Shown one piece after another: positions 24,688 through 35,953 of a stretch of 64,000 nucleotides of DNA. The translations under genes and the position numbers were made by a program. The stretch spans positions 27,422 through 91,421 of the forward strand of contig FLMG01002851.1 of the NCBI GenBank assembly GCA_900088475.1, read 5' to 3'. A model generated the notes under the pieces. That model was not told the DNA's origin. It worked only from the letters and a program-made list of their open reading frames with translations, and did no database searches. Source of the stretch: Hyphochytrium catenoides. Lineage: Eukaryota > Protista > Hyphochytriomycota. The stretch's first letter is position 1; each line of letters starts with the position of its first letter.

Positions 24688-27253
24688 ATGACGAAGGAAG
24701 AAGCACTTATATCGAGGAAGAAGGAGGAGGACCATGGCCTGCCGATGCTCAGACTGTCGTTCGCCTCGAGCTCAGCAGCAGGTTGCGGCAGTGCAAGCAG
24801 CAGGTTGCGGCAGTGCAACGGCTGATTGGACTCAAGAATCTGGGCGGAGCCTGACTTGGTTTGAGAAGAAGTTTTGAAGGTCGCCCTCTGCCTGTCCTCA
24901 CAATGGCAGACAGTTCAATCTCATCATGCCTGATGATGCCGGCCTTTGAGAGAGCCAGGAAGCGAGCCTTGGATCGCTCAAGACGCGACCAAGGTCAGGA
25001 GAGCATGGTCTCCACATTGCTAGAGAGATCATTAGACAAAGGCGCCTATGCCGGCATTCACAGTGCTAGCAAGGATGTGATCCGCGGCCAAGAAGATGGT
25101 CCGGACAAAACGATAGAGCCGTGGTCGAAGACCTTCTTACCGTCTTATAAGCTGACAGCAACGATAGAACGAGTGCATAGCCTTATGAGAATTCTTTCTC
25201 CTGAGCGTGGTCGTATTAGCTTTAGACATGACCCTGTAGGACAGCGGCATGATACTTGCATGGAAATGCGGGATTGGCTGCAATTTCTCCAGCACCTCGC
25301 TTCCCTCAGAGAAGGAGTATGTTCTTCTAATCAGGAAGTTGAGATGAACGACCTACCTGGGGAGACAGCGGCGAGCGACATTAGCGATGACGCTTTCCCC
25401 TGGCCCTTGTCGGACATGGTGAGTTCTGTTCTTTGCTGGGTCCTCTTGATGTCGCTCACCGACTAGTCTGCTCGCTCTTAGGCAGAGTATCAGTACGGAC
25501 GCCGTCGAACCACGAGAGAAGCATTGGACGACTTTAGACTATGTGTTAAATCTGAGGAGGAGGGCGCTGTGGTCCTGCTAGTCAACTTGCCGGAGATACC
25601 GGAGCCTTCAATCTCTACCCTCATCGTCAAGCCCTTGGCAGCCAATCTGTTCTGCTCTGTCATTGAAGAGAGGGACATCGTCGTACCCATGGATGATATC
25701 ACTCATCGGAGCAAAGGGTAGGCTAATGTAGAATGCAGAGCGTTGTTTACACTCTAGCTAATCTCGACCACTCTTCCGTCCGACCTCTCGTTTGCGCTCA
25801 TCTCTACGTTCTGGCTACAATCACTTTCTCTCGGTTCTTTATCAATCTCTTTCACCTCCTCGTTCTTTCTTACGCCTTTTCCCTCTTTACTCACACGCAA
25901 TCAACCTTGTCTGTCCTCTGGCCTTATCCACGGCCAGATGTGCTTTTCTTCGCTTCCCCTCGTCCGATCTGGCTTCGCGCCTTATATCGGAGGTCTCTGT
26001 CATTCCCTGGAGTAACCACAAGAAGCCGCTTCGAATGCGCCTTGTGCAGGATTATAATGGACATAGTTCGCCAGCTCCTTTTCCAGGTACTCGATGCGCA
26101 ACCTCAGGTACCAAAAGACCATTTCCTCCTCCTACTTTGTCTAGATGTAAATCAGCTGGTTAGATGTTTAAGGTCGACACCGCCGTTGCCTCTGTGGTAG
26201 ATGATGAACGAAGAGGCGATGAGAGAAACTCAAAACGTTTCTCATTTGTGAGCTGGTTGCAGAAGCCTAAGAGGGACCTTGTGCTAGAGACAGAGACAGA
26301 AGCCGGAGAGAATGATGGCGATTGCAGCTCTAACTGCTGTGAGACTGAGGAAGAGGAAGACTCGACAGAAGAGACAACGTACACAGACTCTGAGGAAATC
26401 GGGCGCAGAGACGGATCCCAGCCTTCGCATAGTGTTGAGAGAAGACTCTACGCTGCAACCTCTCGCTTAGCACTGATGGAAGGGAGGCTTGAGCTCGCTC
26501 TGATTGAACGTGAGAAGCTCCAATCAAGAGAAGAGGAGACAAAACGGAAATTGCAGGAGCACGCGGCGAAGGCTAGCGAGCTCGAGGAGCATTTACAGAT
26601 CTCAGACAGGAAATATGCGAAGCTTCTGGTGGACTTCAANNNNNNNNNNNNNNNNNNNNNNNNNNNNNNNNNNNNNNNNNNNNNNNNNNNNCGCAGATCG
26701 CCTACACAGTCTTAGAGCAGCAGCTGAATGGGCTGACGCAGCAGAAAGTTGCAGGAGCAGAGAGCGGTGGTGGTAGGAAGGCGAACAGTGGCAGCGGCCT
26801 CGAGATGCATAGCAATGCGATAACAAAGCTGGACTCTGCGGTTCCGCAGGCATCTCCAGACCTGACAGCTCTGAATCTGGAGGAACTCCAAAGACTGGAG
26901 CAAGATTTGGAGCTGAAATTGACGAATGTCAGAAAGGCCAAGGTAGGGAATGATTTATGTCGGCTATAACGCTTAGGTGTCCCCGTGTGTTGGCGCTAGA
27001 TATATCTGACAGTACCCGGGCGCTGCTGCAGGATTATCAGCTTCTCGTTCAGAGGCAGCAGATGTCTCGGAAGTATGAAGTAGAGCAGGAGCAGCGTATG
27101 TGCTCCATCTGTGCGGACAATGTGAAAACAGTGGTCCTGCTCCCCTGTCGTCATCTATGCGTTTGCAACGGCTGCAGCTCCAGAGCCGAGCTAAACCGAT
27201 GCCCTATCTGCCGAGAGCGCGTCAGCGAGAAGATCAACGTCTTCATCTCTTAA
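24688..27253 (+). CDS. Coiled-coil protein with a C-terminal C3HC4_3-type RING finger (putative E3 ubiquitin ligase); 5' exon structure uncertain; interrupted by an N gap
   Basis: C-terminus CSICADNVKTVVLLPCRHLCVCNGC..CPICRERVSEKINVFIS*, preceded by coiled coil (LEELQRLEQDLELKL; LEEHLQISDRKY) and an acidic tract. Upstream exons at ~24910-25418, 25485-25717, 25990-26086. The start codon is a best guess. Confidence 0.7.
24775..24818 (+). repeat. Perfect 22-bp tandem duplication (gcagcaggttgcggcagtgcaa x2)
   Basis: Directly visible; units at 24775-24796 and 24797-24818. Confidence 0.95.
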
Positions 27254-28039
27254 GATGGCTAGCACCTATTTGTGAATTACTTTTCACTAGGGCGTTTACT
27301 AATCATGATGAGATGATCTTGGTATCTATTTATGAAAAGCTAGAAGTGGTAGTCTTGGTCTCCTTCTCTATCTTTTGTCTCCTTCTGCACAAAAGCAATG
27401 TCCCGGACTGGCGTGTTAACTCTTACCCCTTCCCCTGCAATCTTCTTTCCTTCGCGCGTGTAACTCATCCTGATGTTCGGCCTCCTTGTCCCGGGGCCTT
27501 ATTCATAGAGCATACGAATATAGGGCAGCTTCTCGATACCCAGCGGGCGAAACTCTTGCACCTCCTATCTTCTTTGTCAAGAGTCCCGGTGAAACCTGTG
27601 AAGACGCTCCATTTCCGCTACTCCCATAGCGCTGTGGCCGGCGTAGCTTTGGCTGCATGCTCCTCGCTGCAGAGAGTTCGCCCATCTCATGCTATTAGAT
27701 ACCATTTGAGCCAAGTACTTTTCACCTCCTNNNNNNNNNNNNNNNNNNNNNNNNNNNNNNNNNNNNNNNNNNNNNNNNNNNNNNNNNNNNNNNNNNNNNN
27801 NNCTGTATGTCCTTTGTCTGGTGTATGTTATCTGCTGATTCCGCTCATTGGGGGCTTAGCAGCTGGTGCGCTAGTGATGCCGCTGTGCAGTGTGCACAGA
27901 GATCATCAGGTACAATAGCTAGTTGGCAGCTAGTGCCTGTCTCTTATCTAGAGAGGAAGGCAGAGATAGCGTGGGTTCGGTCCAGAAAGGGGCGAGGTTG
28001 GGCATTTCAGCGTCGCTTCTTGACACTCCCCGCGAAGCC

Positions 28040-29014
28040 TCAAACCTTACACGGACAGTCCTTGCACGAGCCCTCTAAACACTTCCCTGCCCACTCCACC
28101 TGCTCATCCACTGTCTTTCCCATCTGTCCTCTCCAGTGCTTGACCAGCACTTTGTCGCCGATAATATGTGACTCTACGAGTTCCGTCACAAGGTCAGGCG
28201 TCACATAGCCATACCAGTCCCCAATGACCACTCCCGCCTCGTCCCGCCTGCTGAAGATAATAACGTTTCCAGCGTACTTGTGTCCACCGACATGGGAGCA
28301 GNNNNNNNNNNNNNNNNNNNNNNNNNNNNNNNNNNNNNNNNNNNNNNNNNNNNNNNNAGCTACCGCCATAACCGCACCTAGCATCGCGCTTCATATGCGT
28401 GCAGATAAACACACTTGCGGGCGGGAGATGAGAGATCTGGAAGTTGCCAGATCCAAAGACTGCTGCTGCCGTTTGTACATCCGTCTTCGCTAGCAAGAAG
28501 GTTTTTACGAAGTCCTCTACATTATCAATCTTCAGGCCTGCACAAGTCAAGCGGCAGTGAGAAAGCTTCCCCTCAGGTAAAAGTTAGCACAGAGAGTCCT
28601 ACCTCTTATTCGGATAAGGTCTGGGTATACGAGAACATCTCCCTCCTCGTCGCCTGCCTCAGGGATGCCCTCAGCCGCTGTGAGGCGAATCTTGAAGGGC
28701 ATGGATGACTTGTGGGCTTTCATCGCAGCGCATAGACCCTGTGGTAGGCCCTCACTTTCCTCCCATCTCGCTGGCCACTGGAGCGCTTTGCCACTGATGA
28801 CGAAGAAGTGGCGATTGTACGTATCCACGGTACCCGGCAGGCTCAGAGTCCCGAGCTCCGCTCTCTTAAAGCCATACTCGGTGTTAGTCAGCACCTCCTC
28901 CTCCTTGCGAGCATCCTTCTTCCTCCTTCCCCGATATGTAACAATGGCTGTTGAGGCCACACAAAGAGCGAGTAACAATGCTCTAGAGCTCACCAAGCTA
29001 AACCCTGCCATCAT
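28040..29014 (-). CDS. Sucrase/ferredoxin-like (Apd1/Aim32 family) thioredoxin-like [2Fe-2S] protein with an N-terminal membrane anchor; N gap inside
   Basis: GTVDTYNRHFFVISG..WP, DVLVYPD, FICTHMKRDARCG (C-x8-C), CSHVGGHKYAGNVIIF (H-x3-H), WYGYVTP, HWRG. One intron at ~28539-28602. Confidence 0.9.
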
Positions 29015-29102
29015 CACTCGTCACCTTGCCTCCCCGCAGTCCTGCTAACGAGTACGGTTGGAAATCTTGGGACTGACAGGGCGCTTGCCATTGCGCTGGC
29101 GG

Positions 29103-29399
29103 CCTCATCATCATCATCAATCATCAGAAGGCCGCTCTGGCGCTCGGGCAGCTCGGTCAGACCAAAACCTCAACACCAGAACCCACATCCGACACCTGGG
29201 TTCCTTCCCAGAAAGCCCACAATTCGGAAAAGGAACCTTCTACTTACTGTTACCCGTACAACACAAAACAACTTATAACCAGGTTACCTACCCAGATCTG
29301 TTTACGCTTCTGTATGACAAGCCACAAGCCGCAGAAAAAGACATCAAGAATCCAATAATCTTCTCTCATCAGATGCCACTGCTGCTGCTGCTGCTGCTG
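29103..29399. repeat. Short trinucleotide microsatellites (TCA)n at 29103-29126 and (CTG)7 at 29379-29399 in a divergent intergenic region
   Basis: Directly visible. Confidence 0.85.
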
Positions 29400-29578
29400 G
29401 TGGTGGCAGCGACACCAGTCTTCAAGAGCAGGAAGAAGCAGATTTAGACACATCTCTTGCCAGCCGAGTTCTATTTAGTTAGGTGTGCTCAATGCCTTCA
29501 CTCTAGGACGCTAAGGGAGGTGGACGGAAGTTGAAAGGTTCCTGACAGAAGAGTGGTCCCGCCATCATTCCTTTGACG

Positions 29579-31142
29579 ATGGCCGCTGAAGCTCGTGATA
29601 GCATTCATATCAGGAGAATATCGCGGCATGTTGAAGACGTAAGACCATAGTCTTGTTTTACAGATGAAGTATAGAACTGGGACTCACATTATGCGAGAAT
29701 GCTTACTCATAGGCCGGGAGCTTTTTGGCACAGTCAAAGAAAATGGTAACCTGGAGATTCGTTGTTGGTCCGCGCGACGAGCTCCACACGGTTATTCTGG
29801 AGCATTCGCTGCTCAAGGCCAAGAAAATTATCAAGCTCGATGGTTGGCAGATTCTACGGCAGGAGACTCCCACAATGGGTGATGAATGGAGGCACAAGTT
29901 CTTTATTAAAAATTGGGACTTCCCCTGCGAACTTGTTATCCGTACAGTCGCTGCAAGCGTACAAATGTCCGGGATGCGCTCTCCTTACGACTTAGAACTA
30001 AATGGCATCCAGTGGCATGAACTGCCGGAGCAAACAATATCCAGGCCAGGTATAGAGGATCCTTCTTAGACGTCAATTTGCCAGTGCCTTTCATATCTAA
30101 ACAGAGTCCGCAGGGGCGTCCTCTAGCGGGTCTCATGTATGGAGCAGCACCAACCTGCCCCGGCAAGTGCAGAAAGTAGAGGAGGCTGTCTCCGACGAGG
30201 AAGTTTGGGTTAAGTGGTTCTTTTGCTTTGGAGTAAGGAGTGAGGTTCACACGCTCATCCTAGAGCACAACGCTTCAGGGAGAAAGATCTTACGGCTAAA
30301 CAACAAGGTAGTGTACACCTAGTTCTCTGATTCTTACTACGATGATGTCTTACATATCTCTTACTCTCTCCCGACTGTTTCTGCTGCAGCTGGCGGCGCA
30401 GTATACACAGGATCACGAAGGAGACTGCGAGCTTGTCTGCTCCTTCCCTGGTCACTCCATGACAGTCCGTATCCTAGACACAGATCCTTACACCTATCAG
30501 TTAATCGTGGACGGAGTAGATTTTGATGCAATGATTCCAACTGACTTCACGCTAAAAGAAGGCTGGGAGAGCGTCAAGCCAGCCTCGGGGCCGAAGATGC
30601 ACTACAGGAATATGAAGACTGGAGAGACGAGCACAGATGTACCGACCCAGCCACGAGGAGATCCGCAAGTTCTCAGTGCGTCTAAAGAGACCAAGCTTGG
30701 AGAAGTTGGGGCTGGCGACACAGTGTTGACAAGCACTAAACGCTTAGGAGAACGAGAAGACATTTCTCATGAAGCAGTGGCTGACCTGTTAAACATATCT
30801 GCCACAAGCGCCAACTCTGCCGCACAGCCTTTTTCAGGACCAAGACCGTTGACGGAAGATATTCCTCCTTCTCATGCTGAAGTGCGGGATATTCCTACTG
30901 CCGAAAGGAAGGCCGCAGCGACAGCAGATCTTCTAGACCTGTCTGCGGAGGAAACATCAATAGTTGCGGCGGTCCAATCTTTTGATCCATTTTCTACTTC
31001 CACCGCGGAGCAGGCAAGCCATGGACCCCTTAGTGACCTGATGGAGGTTCAACATCAACAGCCAATGGCAATGGCTGCGCGACCGGTAGCATGGGCTGTC
31101 AGTGATCCATTCCGAGAGCTCTCGCAGTCTGACGGTCGATAG
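29579..31142 (+). CDS. Protein with two FAIM-like beta-sandwich domains, a WW domain and a disordered tail with DLL/DPF motifs
   Basis: Spliced: MAAEARDS..SKKMVTWRFVVG..HTVILEHSLLKAKKIIKLDG..YDLELNG (repeat 1); VWVKWFFCFG..HTLILEHNASGRKILRLNNK..YQLIVDG (repeat 2); LKEGWESVKPASGPKMHYRNMKTGETSTDVP (WW-like); tail ADLLNIS, ADLLDLS, FDPF, SDPF. Confidence 0.75.
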
Positions 31143-31190
31143 TGGACAAGATATAGTCGCGATGCTTAAACAGTACTCTTCTGATTATCT

Positions 31191-34100
31191 TTATGGCACA
31201 TCGGAGCTCTGCAACTTAGCTGGTGAGAGCAAAGATGTGGGACTAATCAGCGAACTGACGGACTGGCTGACTGCCAGGGGAGTGAGGGACGCAGCAGGTG
31301 CGCCACATTTCTCTCTGAAGTCTGGATGCTTGGAGAAGATCTTTTCGTAGAAGTCTCGTGTCCTTCTTAGGAACGGGTCAGCGCTCTGCCATACCTTCTC
31401 TATGCCTAGCACGCTATCTAGCGCTCTTATCGCTCCTACATCGCGATGAGCGGAGGGAAGGTCCAACCGTCGAAAAAGAAAAACAAGATCGAACGACGAC
31501 CAGGGAGCCCACAGCATAGACCATGGCCGTGCAATCAAGACGTTGGAGTTAGTATTATTCAGCGTTGTTGGCCTTAGGCTTGACCTAGAGGGCCCTTACC
31601 TTGCGCATAGCCTAGCACTTCTTGTGAAGACACACGGGAGAGTGTACCCTGCCGGATCGGAGAGGAAGCTTAGGCAGCACGTCCTATATGCGAGCATACC
31701 CCATACCAGTATTTATAGCACCCATGCCTTCTGAAATCCACTATTGGCCTCCCTCTGTCTCCACATGGTGACCTCACTCATCTTCACAATGGTAACTCTC
31801 GCTCTGGCTCAAGTGTAAGCTTTCGTACCTGAACTGTCCACTCACTCAGCATCCTAGCGACTTGTTCGTGCACATGTAACGGAACGTTGGCGCCGCTTTT
31901 GTCTCCTTCTGCTGAGGTGGTCGCTCCTACTAGTGCTTCATACATAAAGTTATCCATGGCCAATTGTCGTAGGGATGCTGTGAGACGCTCTTTCCTCGAC
32001 AGTACGGCGGTCACTAGCGACTGGCAAAAGGAGTCATCGACCAAAAGCTCCTCCTTTGTCCAAAGGTTCTGGAAGAGGAGCTTACAAGGAAAGACAGCGC
32101 CACGCTTGACCATAGTGATTGCATAATACATCATCACCTTAAATGGGTGCAGGAACGAGAGATGAGGAGGATAAATTAATGGTTGAGGCCAAGGCAGAAA
32201 AGGTAGATAAGCCCATAATGATCCTACTTTGCCAAGGGCGGACTCATAGTTCATGAGCTCTTTCAGAACGGGATCTAAGGGTGGAAGCGCTTCGATGCCT
32301 ATTTTGTGGGGAGGGGACACGAAGAGGTGAGGTGATGATTAAGAAGGGCGGAGACCTGTTAATCACTATAAACATTTACCTTTCGAAGCCACCAAGCTTC
32401 CCGAGACCATACGAATCTCCACCGTGAAATGGGCCATCAATGGACAGAAGACGCGGCCCACTGCTGGATCGGCTTCGCGCACCACATACTCCTACAGCAC
32501 ACGTTCACAGCCATCAGGGTCACAACGTAAGGAGAGGAGTGGGGCATCAGCGCCACGCGTCAACGTTCAAGCTTACCCTAAGCTTCTTCATTCTCAATAT
32601 GGACTCTGGGCTTCCAAGCGTTAAGAGCTGCACAATGCCTGGCATCAAGGGATGGTCCTGGCACCGAGCAGGCAGTTAGGTTCAAGAGAAAGTGTGCAGT
32701 CGATTAGCTGGTTGAGTTCACGATAGCCTCTTGTAGACATTGGGCACCTTCGGCAGCTGGCTTTTCGCAATGGCTTCATTCACTACACGGACTAGACTCC
32801 TAATGAGCAGGTTCTGGACGAAAGGATTGCCCAGGAGGAAACAGACATCAAGAAGTGCTGGCATGTAGACCTCGCGAGGCAGAACAGGCTGACCGCTCTG
32901 GACAATTGAGAGGAGAGCGGCGAGTAAATAAACGTTATCGCACTGCCACTTAGTGATGGCAAAAGGCGGATTGGAGAGCTCACTCTACCCACATGATTCG
33001 GGCTTGCCAGCGTCCTTCTTCTCTTGGGCCTACTGCCTGGTTGCCGCTGCGGATTCAGCATCAATCGAGCCGCTTCAAACACCTTCTCCGCCTTCGACTG
33101 GAGTTTCTGTGAAAAGGACAGAGACGTACATGGCAGGGTCAGACACAAGGCGAACCGCACGCGACGATAGTTGACCCCTGTCATCATCAAATGGAGATTC
33201 CGTGCAAGCCCTGCGGAGCCGTTTGGCCGTTTCTCTCTACCCATGATACCCGCTGTATCTCTTCAGCCCATAAAGTGGAACTGTACCTTAGCATGCTTGA
33301 AGTATATAGTGTCAGGTTCATTGAAGAGGAGACAGTTATTGATCATCAACTGGAAGTCAGATTCAAGGTCTTCTACCGACTTATACTGCTCAAACGTAGA
33401 GGGCAAGACAGGTGCGAAGGCGTTCAGCGTGATCATGTGTTAGGTTAATGTTCCCGGATGTCAATAGCAAGTCTTGGCTAATTTTACCTCTTCCCCTTCA
33501 GCCTTTCGCTGCATAGTAGAGAGATCCATGGGTTCGGAGATAATCTCCCGGTAACCTGGCACATCGTCTGGAACGGGTAGTGCAAATATATTGTGGGTAT
33601 CATACTTGCTTAAGCTGGATAACACATACTGCAAGACCTATGCCGCGTGGAAAGACGAAGCAACGTTAGACATCACAGTTTGACACGCCTGGCACTAACA
33701 CCCTATTCAAGCAAGCTTTAAACACTTTGGTGTCAGCGCAGGTGCGCACAGGTCCAAAATCATCAGGTAAGGTAGAGCTTACTACCAGGAGGAAACGCCG
33801 CCATCACCATTCTCTAACCACTCTAGCTGCTCTAGGAGTGGGGCTAGATTCATGCATCGCTTTAAAACCTCAGAGCTTTCGAATGCTCCTTTTGAGCCTG
33901 GCAGGCAGTAAGTGGCTCACCTCAGGAAGGGGTATGGGTGCGTAGTCAGCTTCATCGTCATAGTCACCAAGCATACTTATATCCCCTGAAGAATGAGCTT
34001 AGCCTTCAGGTAACATCTCCCGTCGCCTTTTGCTCTTACCTAGTCGGTACTCTGCGATGATCTTCTGGATTTCGGTAAGCCTGGAGCTGTCCAGGTGGGG

Positions 34101-35953
34101 ATACTTTAGCGCTGCATCCAGCGCCCACGCCAAGCGACTAATAGAGTCCTCCTTTAGGGCCTATGCAGAGACAGAGTTGAGGCCATAGAGTTCAATTATA
34201 TATAGATACGATAGTGAGCGGAAGCATAGGGGTAGAAAGAGGAACCTTTACCAGACTTACCGATGGTTGAACGTCCTTATGTGAGAGGATGATATCCATG
34301 CGAAGTGCCAAGAGAAGCGGGTTCTGTGTCTCTTCGTATTTCTCAGCGATGAGCGTTGAGAAAGAGTTGAATAGGGTCTACGAAACATAAAGGACGGAAG
34401 TAACCGGGAAAAGCAGAGGTGGAAGAGACCTTTAATACAATGTACCGCAGATTACGGCGTCTTCCAGCTCCTCTAACCTTGGAAGTCCCAAGAGCTGTGA
34501 TAATCTTGCGTAAGCTCTGGTCGCCGTGCCGTCTAAGAAAAGATGGGGTCGAGAGCCATCGAGAAATAGAAGTCGGAGATTGAGTCTAAAAGAAGCATAT
34601 CACCTTTCTTGCCCCATTGTAACTATTTCACTCTTCAATGCGTTGACAAGTTATCACTTTGACCAATGTACCATCATCTTCCCATATCTCCACTCTCTTG
34701 AATCGTCTTTCTCGATCAGGTGGACAACTCCGCTACGTTATTACTCCTCCTCGATCTTACCTGGTCTCTGCCGAGATGGTATGGTCTCCGGTCATGTCCA
34801 GGGCATACGATGCCGTGTGTCTGTTTTTTACATAGTCTTCTATATAGCCTCCCACCGCTCCGAAGAACACTTTCTCATCCAGCTCCCAGACTCTGCTTTT
34901 CACATGTAGAGGTAACTCCCTCATGATATCAGGCTTGATAGCTAAAGAGCGAAGGAAAGGCTCTGGAATATGCGACCCAGGGCGTGAGATAAGAGCAATA
35001 GGGACAGGGCGGAGCTCTGGGAAGTCAATAAAGGGAAAGGTCTTGGCAAGAAGGATGCCAAGCTTTTCAGCCTCCATGGTCCTGATGCGGTCTATGTATA
35101 AGAACGAGCGTGGAGAGCAATAGTTAGACTTGTTTGTGTGCTGCTTTGCTGGAGTACAACCTGGCCCTTTAACCCTCTTCTTCCCCTCTTATCCAGTCTC
35201 TCCTCAAGCTTTGGTCTTTACTCTTTAGCTCCCTCACTAACACTGTCCCCTTTATGTGAATGTTGGACCTCACCAAGTAAGTGCCGGCGCAGCTCTGTGA
35301 CAATGGAAAGATAAAGGTCTGATCGCGCCATGTTTAGCTGTTCAAGCAGCGTAATGGCCGAGTCCACGCTTCCTAGTTTGAGAGCGTTCTGCTGCTGGAA
35401 CTCGGTGATCGTCATCGCTGGGTCAGCGGATTTGCTGTAAGGGAAAATGGGAAGGGAAGGAGAGAGCGGATAAGTCTAAGAGAGCGGCGATAGAAGACAG
35501 AGTACACGCGACAGAAAAAAACCAGGGAGTTAGTAGGAAGGAGACAATAGTCCAAGCTGTCATTCCTAGAGACGGCGAGACTAGAGCTATTCTCTCAGCT
35601 CCAAGCGCTTATAGGGAAGTCACATGGCAAGAGTATGGCGCGTTCTCAGCAAGGTAATCAGAGTAATCAAGCCTTCAGCAACCCAAGAGCACGGAAGGGA
35701 GAGACTCACGAAAGAGGGCCAGCAAGAGAGAGGATAAAGAAGGGAGAGAGCAGTAAGGCGAAAGAAGGACCGCACACAGAGGAAGAGAGTAGAGAGAGAG
35801 AGAGACAAGGGACAACGAGAAGAGAAATAAAAGACAACTTATATCCACGTAACAGGACCTTAGGGCATCGCGCAGGACTGCTCCTCCAAGCGAGCCAATC
35901 AAGGCCACCGGAGAGTGACCGGGATTCATCTCTCCGCCTCCCACCGTCGACAT
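31191..35953 (-). CDS. NELFB: Negative elongation factor B (NELF-B/COBRA1) homolog with an internal bromodomain, multi-exon
   Basis: COBRA1-like segments in order: LRDALSKSADPAMTITEFQQQN..SAITLLEQL..LRRHLL; LLAKTFPFIDFPELRPV..ELPLHVKSRVWELDEKVF; SRLAWALDAALK; LLDVCFLLGNPFVQNLL..LPK..IVQLLTLG. Bromodomain exons at 33488-33637 and 33287-33385. ATG at 35953, stop at 31191-31193. Confidence 0.88.

Noticed and set aside
27100-27918. 272-aa plus-strand ORF
   Set aside because: Starts out of frame within the RING exon, is extended artificially through an N gap and has no domain signal; probably 3'UTR.
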